This document shows positions 1 to 7,251 of a DNA stretch of 45,355 bases, in pieces. The notes under the pieces were generated by a model. That model saw nothing but the letters and a program-made list of their open reading frames with translations, did no database searches and had not been told where the DNA came from. The position numbers and the translations under genes are program-made. This DNA is from Kiritimatiellia bacterium. Lineage in GTDB: Bacteria; Verrucomicrobiota; Kiritimatiellia; SS1-B-03-39; UBA6053. The stretch lies in assembly GCA_029936175.1 (NCBI GenBank), contig JAPYUI010000009.1, positions 1,661-47,015 on the forward strand, written 5' to 3'. Each line of letters starts with the position of its first letter. The first letter of the stretch is position 1.

Positions 1-1
1 C

Positions 2-958
2 TGCACGATCAATGACAACAATGACCTCTTCGGCGCGGATGCCCTCTTGTTTGTCTCTGCGAACACCGCGCGGATCAGCATGGACCTGCTCAACTCGTCC
101 TTTGACGCGCCGGAAGGTGCCATCGTCCGTTTTGAGTCCGATGGAACCACCGGCAATGACCTCAATATCCTGAACAACCTATCCACCAATGGAGGCGGCC
201 CCGACAAGGCCCCGGCGGGTGGCGGCATTGACCTGCTGGTCAACGATGTGGGTGGTCTTACCTTTGACATCCAGGGGAACAGCCTGACCGGGCTATCGGA
301 CTTCGGCATCCGGATCCAGGGCAACGGCAACGTCGAGGGGCGCATCGGCGACCAGGCCCTTGCGGATGGCAACACGATCCTTACCCAGAACACGGCCGGT
401 GCAGGTAGTGCAATTGAACTCCTGAAGGGAGGGAGTGCCGGGACACCGGCTGTGAACAACGCCACGTGGACCATCCTGGTCCAGAACAATACCCTGGGTG
501 ATGACGGTACAAGCGGGGGAGGGAACACGGATGGAATCTCCATGATCCACCGGCATGACAACGGGCGCCTCAACTTGACGATGGATGACAACACGATCCA
601 GAACATCACCAACCAGGGTATCGATATCTTGAGCGAGGATGATGGCCCCGCCTTGGGCCCGAGAAATGATATTCGCATCGTGAATAATGCCTTTGTCAAC
701 CTGAGCGATGACGCTATCGAGATCGTCGCCGACGACAGTGCCGACATCTGCGTGCATATCCAGGGTAACGATGACAATGCGGGCGGAAGCCCCGGGATCT
801 TCGACCTGAGTCTCATCGTGGCCTCAGCGGTCCTGCAAATCACCCAGCCTGACACCGCCGGCCTCGCCGCCGCCAACAATTTTGCGACCGTTACCGCCAG
901 CGGTTTAATCACTTTTAACGGTGGGTGCTTTAACCCGACCGTACCGACGAATCCATAA
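2..958 (+). CDS. Parallel beta-helix repeat protein, C-terminal part (5' end lies left of the window)
   Basis: The frame of listed ORF 47..958 stays open back to nt 2 (CTINDNNDLFGADALL...), so the gene enters from upstream. Short N/D/G/I-rich rungs (NTILTQN, NNTLGDDG, DDNTIQNITNQGIDI, IRIVNNAFVNLSDDAIEI, IQGNDDN) are typical of right-handed beta-helix proteins. The TAA stop overlaps the next ATG (TAATG, 956-960). Confidence 0.6.
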   Translation, partial: CTINDNNDLFGADALLFVSANTARISMDLLNSSFDAPEGAIVRFESDGTTGNDLNILNNLSTNGGGPDKAPAGGGIDLLVNDVGGLTFDIQGNSLTGLSDFGIRIQGNGNVEGRIGDQALADGNTILTQNTAGAGSAIELLKGGSAGTPAVNNATWTILVQNNTLGDDGTSGGGNTDGISMIHRHDNGRLNLTMDDNTIQNITNQGIDILSEDDGPALGPRNDIRIVNNAFVNLSDDAIEIVADDSADICVHIQGNDDNAGGSPGIFDLSLIVASAVLQITQPDTAGLAAANNFATVTASGLITFNGGCFNPTVPTNP

Positions 959-3900
959 TGAGTAAGCGACTCACAAGGTATCTGGGGATCATGCTGCTGC
1001 TGTCAGGCATCGGCCGCCTGAGTGCGTGGGCACAGCTGAACCTGCCGCTGGGGGATTTGCCGGCCGGTGAGGCGGTCACCATCATCTTCGAGGTCACCCT
1101 GGATAGCGTTCAGACCAACAGCTCCGTCGCCAACCAGGCGATCATCACCTCGAGCAATGTGCCCGAGGTGCTTTCAGACGATCCGGATACCGGGACCCCG
1201 TTGGATCCGACCCTTACCCTGGTCGAGGCCTTTGCCGATGTCGGGGTGGAAGTCATCCCCGCGGCTAATCCGGTCGACGCTTCTTCGCTGGTGGTCCTGG
1301 ACCTGGTGGTTTCCAACGCGGGACCGAATGATACCACGGGCGTCGTGGTCAGCAACCAGTTGCCGGCCGGCGTAACCTTCGACGCCTTGAATTCCAGTGC
1401 GGACCTGGTCGAGTTGGGAGGGGGCCTGCTCAAGGTGGTTATCGGTGACTTCGCCGCCGGGCAGGTGACGAATTACACCATCCAGCTGGCCATTGATGAT
1501 TGCTGCCAGGCGGGATTCCTGACGAACAACGCGAACGTGGTCCACCTGGTCACCGACGTCAATGCCCTCAACGATACGCATACGCTTGCGGTCGCCGTCC
1601 TGCCGGATACGGACCCGCCGGTTATCACCTTTTGCCCGCCGGCCGAATTCCTCGGCTGCAACCCGGATCCGGGAGACATTCCCGTGATAGCACCCGCCTC
1701 GGTGCTGGCGACCGATACTTGCGGCCCGGTGACGAACCTGTTCGTGAGCGACATCCTCAGTACCAATGGTTGCCTGGTGACCTTGACCCGGACCTATGCC
1801 GTGGTCGATCGTTGTAACAATTCCAATACCTGTGTGCAGAGCATCACCTGGATTGAGGACCTCGAGGGTCCGGTCTTTACCCAGTGCGTGCCGGATGAGG
1901 ACCTGGGCTGCAATCCGCTTACGATTCCCCCTGCGGATACCAACGTCCTATCGGTTGCCGACGCCTGTGGCGGCGTGAGCCTGTCGCTGTTCAGTGAACT
2001 GACGGTTACCAACGGCTGCGACGTGACCCTGAGCCGGGTGTACCTGGCAGTGGATGATTGTGGAAACGCCAGCACGTGCACGCAGCGCGTGACATGGATA
2101 GAGGACCTGGCGCCGCCCACAATCAATGGTTGTCCGCCGGGCCAGGATCTTGGCTGCAATCCTATAAGTCTCCCGGCACCGGTTCCGGGCCTGCTGGGTG
2201 CCGTCGACAATTGTGGCGTGGTGGCCATCACGAATGTGGATGTCGTGGTGACCAATGGCTGTGATTTCATGCTGACGCGGACCTATATTATCACGGACCC
2301 CTGCGGCAACTCGACGACCTGCTCGCATGTCTTCACCTGGACCGAAGACACCGAAGCGCCCCAAATTACCACGTGTGCGCCGGATATGGATCTCGGGTGC
2401 AACCCTACCAACATTCCCCCCGGTGATATCGGCGCGGTCACCGCGACCGATAACTGTGGCATCGCCGCGCTGGTCATTGCCGACGAGACGACGGTGACGA
2501 ACGGCTGCGACTTGACCCTGACCCGGACCTACCTGGTACTGGATGGATGCGGCAACTCCAATACCTGCGTGCAAACCCTGGTCTGGACGGTGGATACGGA
2601 GTCTCCGGTTATCACCCAGTGCGCCCCCGATGCAGACCTCGGCTGCAATCCTGCCGTGATCACGCCCGCGGATACGAATGCAGTCATGGCGACGGACAAT
2701 TGCGGTATCGCCTTCATTGGCGTGCTGGGCGAGGTCCTGGTAACCAACCTGTGCCAGGTCACCCTGACGCGTACCTATACGGTCCAGGATGCCTGTGGCA
2801 ATTCATCCAATTGTGTACAGACCCTGACCTGGATAGACGATACGGAGATCCCGGTGATCACGGCCTGTGCTCCGAGCCAGGATCTCGGGTGTAATCCGGC
2901 GAGTATTCCGTCAGCCGACACCAATGCCGTTGTTGCGACGGATAATTGCGGGTCGGTCACGGTGACGCTGTTGTTCGAGGTCCTCTCGCAAAATGGTTGT
3001 GATTTGACCATCAACCGTACCTACCTGGTTACGGATACCTGTGGCAACACCAACAGCTGCCTGCAGACGATTACGTGGACCCAGGACCTCGATGCCCCGG
3101 AGATCTTTGAATGCGCCCCCGATATGGACCTGGGCTGTAATCCAACGAACATCCCCCCGGCCGATACGAATGCGATCAATGCGGTCGACTTCTGCGGCAT
3201 CGCGAGCATCACCGTAAGCAGTGAAGTTACGACAACAAACGGCTGTGATGTCACCCTGCGGCGCACCTATCGGCTAAGCGATGCCTGCGGGAATGTAAGC
3301 ACCTGCGTGCAGACCCTGACCTGGGTTGAAGACCTGGTCGCGCCCGTGATTACCTTTTGCCCGGCTGGTGGCGACCTGGGGTGCAACGCAACCGCCATTC
3401 CGGCTGCAGATACGAACGCGGTGCTGGCTACCGACGCCTGTGGCGGGGTAAGCATCAGCGTGGCGAGCGAATCGACGGTTACCAACGGGTGCCTGGTCAG
3501 CTTTATCCGCACCTACCGGGTGATCGACGATTGTGGCAATACGAGTACCTGTGACCAGGTGTTCTTCTGGACGGGAGATCTCGAGCCGCCGACGATCGTG
3601 GCCTGTGCGCCCGATATCAATCTCGGCTGCAATCCCGTCCTGATCCCGGGAGGCGATACCAACCTGGTGAATGCAACCGACAATTGCGGGGTCTCGTCGA
3701 TCGCGATTGTGGGTGAAAGCGTGGTCACGAATGGCTGTACGGTTACGCTCAACCGGACCTATGTCGTGTTTGATGGCTGTGGAAATTCCAACACCTGCGT
3801 CCAGGTCCTGACCTGGACGGAAGATCTCGAACCCCCGGTCATCACGGCGTGCCCGCCCGGCGAAAGCCTGGGGTGCAACCCGGTGATCCCGGCACCCGAT

Positions 3901-5790
3901 GTCAACCTGGTTATGACCACGGATAATTGCGGCATAGTGACCGTGGTTCACCAGGGCGACGTGGCGGTGACAAATGGATGTATCGTGACCCTGACCCGGA
4001 CCTACGGCGCCTTTGATGCCTGTTCGCCCGCGGTCACCTGCACCCAGGTGTTTACCTATACCCATGACCTCAGCGGCCCGGTCTTTGCCTCAGCCACGAA
4101 CTCGGTTACGTTGATTCCGGATGAAAATTGCCGGGCGGTTATTCCGGATGTCCTGGCCGGAGTCGTCGTGAACGACGCCTGCGGGTCCGTCAGCCTGGCC
4201 CAGTCGCCCCTGCCGGGCGCCCCGGTGCAGGGACCCACCCCCCCACCGATCGTGATTAGTGCCACGGATGACTGTGGCAATATTTCGACCACCAACGTCG
4301 TGGTGCTCATCGATTGCCCCGGTGGCGTGACCATCGCGAAATCGGTTTACCTCGGCCAGGATGCGGGAGCTTCCTGTCCCGGGGTGTCCTTGATCATGGG
4401 CACCAACAATACCCCGATCACGTTCTGCTTCGTGGTCGAGAATACCGGCACCGTGCACCTGGCGAACCTGGTTGTCGAGGACACCATGCTGCCGGGCTTT
4501 ACCCCGCTGGTGATCCCCAGTTTACTGGTTGGTGCTTCCACTTCGGTCTACTTTGAAACCGTGATCGCGGGGTCCTTGACGAACATCGCGTCGGTTGTCG
4601 GTGTTCCCGCGTATTCACTTGGGCCGAGCCCGCTGACGGGCGTGCGGTCCCGTCCGTCCGGCGCCGCCCCGGTCTCGGGTGTTTCCGCGACGGGGTCTGC
4701 GGTCGTGATCGCCCTGGGCCAGATCAGCGATACGGTCTGGCTGGATGTAAACCGCGATGGTCAACCGAATGAGAATATTGCCAGCCTGGGCCTCTCGAAC
4801 ATCACGGTGAATCTGTACAGCGTCGACCTGCTCGGAACCCAAACCTTTATCACGAGTAATGTAACCCAGGCGGTTCCCGGAAACGGGGGCTTTTATGCCT
4901 TTTCTAATCTTCTTGCAGGTACCTATGCGGTTGAGGTTGATGTCAGTACGCTCCCGGCGGGGTTCCAGTTCCCGACCACCCCGGTCAACCAGGTTTTCAA
5001 CCTGGCATCCGGCCAGGTCCTCTCGAGTGTGGACTTTGGCTTCCTGTCGGCACCCACGGAGATCGCCCTGGCGTCTTTCGATGCGCATCCGACAGATTCC
5101 GGGATTTGGGTCAATTGGCGTACCGGCAGCGAACGAAACAACCTGGGCTTCTATGTGTACCGTTCAGACCAGATTGATGGTGAGCGAACCCGATTGCCCG
5201 GTGATTTGATTGCCGGGAAAGGCACCGGCGTCGGCGCGCAGTACAGCCTGCTCGATGTGATTACGGAGCCGGGGACCTATTATTACTGGCTTGAGGATTA
5301 CGACTATTCCCTGAACACAAAACTGCATGGCCCCGCGGTGGCGCGGTTGACGCTTGAACCGGTCGTCCTGGAGGTCGGGGCTGCCGGCATTCACCGGGCA
5401 TCGGCGGGCATCGTGAAGATCAACGGTCAACCTGTTCCGGTCATCTCGACCGAGGATGGCGTCATCTATTACCTGCCCGATGCCACGGCTGAAGTGACCC
5501 TTTCTGCCGGGCAACCGGAAGCGATGGAGGGGGTGGATGCCTCGCCCATCGCTGCCGAGGCCCTGCAGCTCGTGGAAGCGGAGAACGGGACTGCCCGGTT
5601 CACCACGGAAGAAGGGGTTGTCGTTTACCTGGTCTTCGGTTTTGAAGCGCCTCCCATCATCGTGCTCGACATAAGCGACCCGTGGGCACCCAAGGCGGTG
5701 AGCGGGGCGATTCTCGAGGGTGACGATGAGGCCGGGGTTTATCTCTCGTATCCGGGGGGTGCGGACCTGATCGCCGAGGCGGTCGAGTAA
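958..5790 (+). CDS. Giant secreted multi-domain surface/adhesin-like protein (DUF11-type domains, ~11 HYR-like Cys-rich modules, SdrD/Cna-B-like domain, C-terminal beta-sandwich module)
   Basis: ATG at 958 and signal peptide MSKRLTRYLGIMLLLSGIGRLSAWAQ. DUF11-type repeat-domain signatures occur at aa ~93-180 (VVSNAGPNDTTGVVVSNQLPAGVTF) and aa ~1122-1200 (FCFVVENTGTVHLANLVVEDTMLPGF). There are ten 81-82-aa six-Cys modules plus one degenerate. SdrD-B-like motif: DTVWLDVNRDGQPNENI...GFYAFSNLLAGTYAVEVD. The C-terminal module carries WVNWRTGSERNNLGFYVYR...YYYWLEDYD. Confidence 0.85.
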   Translation: MSKRLTRYLGIMLLLSGIGRLSAWAQLNLPLGDLPAGEAVTIIFEVTLDSVQTNSSVANQAIITSSNVPEVLSDDPDTGTPLDPTLTLVEAFADVGVEVIPAANPVDASSLVVLDLVVSNAGPNDTTGVVVSNQLPAGVTFDALNSSADLVELGGGLLKVVIGDFAAGQVTNYTIQLAIDDCCQAGFLTNNANVVHLVTDVNALNDTHTLAVAVLPDTDPPVITFCPPAEFLGCNPDPGDIPVIAPASVLATDTCGPVTNLFVSDILSTNGCLVTLTRTYAVVDRCNNSNTCVQSITWIEDLEGPVFTQCVPDEDLGCNPLTIPPADTNVLSVADACGGVSLSLFSELTVTNGCDVTLSRVYLAVDDCGNASTCTQRVTWIEDLAPPTINGCPPGQDLGCNPISLPAPVPGLLGAVDNCGVVAITNVDVVVTNGCDFMLTRTYIITDPCGNSTTCSHVFTWTEDTEAPQITTCAPDMDLGCNPTNIPPGDIGAVTATDNCGIAALVIADETTVTNGCDLTLTRTYLVLDGCGNSNTCVQTLVWTVDTESPVITQCAPDADLGCNPAVITPADTNAVMATDNCGIAFIGVLGEVLVTNLCQVTLTRTYTVQDACGNSSNCVQTLTWIDDTEIPVITACAPSQDLGCNPASIPSADTNAVVATDNCGSVTVTLLFEVLSQNGCDLTINRTYLVTDTCGNTNSCLQTITWTQDLDAPEIFECAPDMDLGCNPTNIPPADTNAINAVDFCGIASITVSSEVTTTNGCDVTLRRTYRLSDACGNVSTCVQTLTWVEDLVAPVITFCPAGGDLGCNATAIPAADTNAVLATDACGGVSISVASESTVTNGCLVSFIRTYRVIDDCGNTSTCDQVFFWTGDLEPPTIVACAPDINLGCNPVLIPGGDTNLVNATDNCGVSSIAIVGESVVTNGCTVTLNRTYVVFDGCGNSNTCVQVLTWTEDLEPPVITACPPGESLGCNPVIPAPDVNLVMTTDNCGIVTVVHQGDVAVTNGCIVTLTRTYGAFDACSPAVTCTQVFTYTHDLSGPVFASATNSVTLIPDENCRAVIPDVLAGVVVNDACGSVSLAQSPLPGAPVQGPTPPPIVISATDDCGNISTTNVVVLIDCPGGVTIAKSVYLGQDAGASCPGVSLIMGTNNTPITFCFVVENTGTVHLANLVVEDTMLPGFTPLVIPSLLVGASTSVYFETVIAGSLTNIASVVGVPAYSLGPSPLTGVRSRPSGAAPVSGVSATGSAVVIALGQISDTVWLDVNRDGQPNENIASLGLSNITVNLYSVDLLGTQTFITSNVTQAVPGNGGFYAFSNLLAGTYAVEVDVSTLPAGFQFPTTPVNQVFNLASGQVLSSVDFGFLSAPTEIALASFDAHPTDSGIWVNWRTGSERNNLGFYVYRSDQIDGERTRLPGDLIAGKGTGVGAQYSLLDVITEPGTYYYWLEDYDYSLNTKLHGPAVARLTLEPVVLEVGAAGIHRASAGIVKINGQPVPVISTEDGVIYYLPDATAEVTLSAGQPEAMEGVDASPIAAEALQLVEAENGTARFTTEEGVVVYLVFGFEAPPIIVLDISDPWAPKAVSGAILEGDDEAGVYLSYPGGADLIAEAVE
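1606..4320 (+). repeat. In-frame tandem coding repeat, period ~243-246 bp, 10 full plus 1 degenerate copy
   Basis: The protein consensus recurs every 81-82 aa: D-[TL]-E-x-P-V-I-T-x-C-x-P-x-x-D-L-G-C-N-P-x-x-I-P-x-A-D-T-N-x-V-x-A-T-D-N-C-G ... V-T-N-G-C-x-V-T-L-T-R-T-Y-x-V-x-D-x-C-G-N-S-x-T-C-x-Q-x-L-T-W-x-E. Copies 1-10 span 1606..4065 (820 aa). A degenerate 11th copy runs from 4066 to about 4320. Antisense ORFs of 77-81 aa (2529..3752) show the same period. Confidence 0.85.
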
Positions 5791-5827
5791 GCCCGGTGAT
5801 GTGGACGGTCCACAGGCACCAGGGACC

Positions 5828-7192
5828 CTAGAGCATTTCGCACCGTACCCCGGTGGCTACAGCACCGTCCGAGGAACCTTCAAAGACAAAGGTGGCCTGT
5901 TCGGTTTCCGCTTCGTAGGCCCGGCAGATATCATCAATGGCCGAACGGGCATGCGCCTCAGCCATGACCGCGACGGTGCCCCCGCAACCACCACCGGTGA
6001 TTCGTGCACCGTACAGGCCGTGGATCGATGGCGCTCCACGTATCATCTCTACCAGTCGGTCGGTCTCCGAGCAGCCCAGTCCACAGGCCGAATAGCTTTC
6101 ATGCGATTCATACATCATCGCCCCGATCTCGGTTCGTTGCGTGGCGCTTTCAGCCATCGGTAACTTTTCGGCAAAGGATTGAATACGGGCTTGTTCGTAT
6201 ACCGGGTGAGCGGTTGGCATCCGCACGCTATAGATCAGCGATGGATCGAGCAGGGTGACCGTATCGCGGCTTTCTCCATAGCTGTCCATAAAATCCTGAC
6301 CCCTCATTTTCTCCGGAACCCGGTCGGCAAAACGGGCGAAGGTTTCCGGGGAACAATTCGCCAGGTACCCATTCCAACCGGTGGCTTGAGCGCCCACCAG
6401 GCTTTCGAGGATGCGACAACCCATGAACGCGCCGGTACGTACGCAGGCATAATTCGATCCGCTCACGGCATGCCGAATCCCGGAATCGACCCCAAAGAAA
6501 CTGAGTCCCTCGGGCACCTGCACCGGTTCCTGCAACTCGGCCGGTTGGCATCGCAAGGCCAGCAGTTCGTTCGCCTGACCACAGGCCGCCGTCATCTGGT
6601 CCATGATGCCACAAGGTGCGCCCACGACCTCATTCTCGGCCAGCTGACATAAACGAGCGAGTTCTTCCGCCTTCAACGGGATCTCCAGTGCCGCAGCGAG
6701 GCTCTGCATGACGGCCACTTCCAGGGCAGCCGATGAACTGACCCCTTTCCCCTCGGGAATCTCGGATTGAATATAGAGGCTGATCCCATGCGTCAGGCTA
6801 CGATTGTTCTCCTTGAGTAACACCAGGAGGCAACCGGCGGGGTAGGCTGCCCAGGCGTCTTCCCCCAGCTGTTTAAACAGCCCCTGTGCAACCGCATAAG
6901 CGACCGGTGTCGCGTGAAGGCCGAGCATCTTCATCGAAAAATTGACCTTGCTGGATCGCCCGGTCTTCGATCCGCCCGTGCTCATGATCCGAATCTGGTC
7001 GTCGGTCCTCCGTTGGACCGCCGCATGTGTGGCCTGTAGGATGGGGCGCTGGAGGACCAAGGCTCCCATGTAATCGGCAATCCCGCCCATAATGTCGAGT
7101 CTTCCGGGTGCTCGACTGGACCAAAGTGGCTGGCTGGATTCAAAAATCCTGCGGGCCGTCGGATTTTGTATAAAGCTTCCCTTTTGTTTCAT
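5828..7192 (-). CDS. GHMP-family sugar kinase (galactokinase / L-arabinokinase-like)
   Basis: Three GHMP motifs are present: RAPGRLDIMGGIADYMGALVLQ (galactokinase-type motif I), PEGKGVSSSAALEVA (P-x-G-x-G-[LV]-SSSA motif II) and ARITGGGCGGTVAVM (motif III). ATG at 7192. Confidence 0.8.
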   Translation of the reverse strand: MKQKGSFIQNPTARRIFESSQPLWSSRAPGRLDIMGGIADYMGALVLQRPILQATHAAVQRRTDDQIRIMSTGGSKTGRSSKVNFSMKMLGLHATPVAYAVAQGLFKQLGEDAWAAYPAGCLLVLLKENNRSLTHGISLYIQSEIPEGKGVSSSAALEVAVMQSLAAALEIPLKAEELARLCQLAENEVVGAPCGIMDQMTAACGQANELLALRCQPAELQEPVQVPEGLSFFGVDSGIRHAVSGSNYACVRTGAFMGCRILESLVGAQATGWNGYLANCSPETFARFADRVPEKMRGQDFMDSYGESRDTVTLLDPSLIYSVRMPTAHPVYEQARIQSFAEKLPMAESATQRTEIGAMMYESHESYSACGLGCSETDRLVEMIRGAPSIHGLYGARITGGGCGGTVAVMAEAHARSAIDDICRAYEAETEQATFVFEGSSDGAVATGVRCEML

Positions 7193-7251
7193 GGTGAAAT
7201 CAGTGATTCCCGCTTGTGTTATAAGGCCTGGAGGGGCTATTCAAGGCGGTT

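Noticed and set aside
2529-3752. Five consecutive 77-81-aa minus-strand ORFs (2529..2762, 2775..3014, 3021..3266, 3267..3512, 3513..3752) that look like a repeated small-gene family.
   Set aside because: Their period equals the 243-246-bp coding repeat of the plus-strand adhesin. Each unit simply carries one antisense stop and one antisense ATG at the same phase. The plus-strand frame has the signal peptide and conserved Cys pattern.
1606-4320. Considered whether the regular repeats here, or the 18-bp repeats at 9151-9186, could be a CRISPR array.
   Set aside because: Both lie inside open reading frames with conserved protein periodicity. The units are contiguous with no unique spacers, and no cas genes are present.
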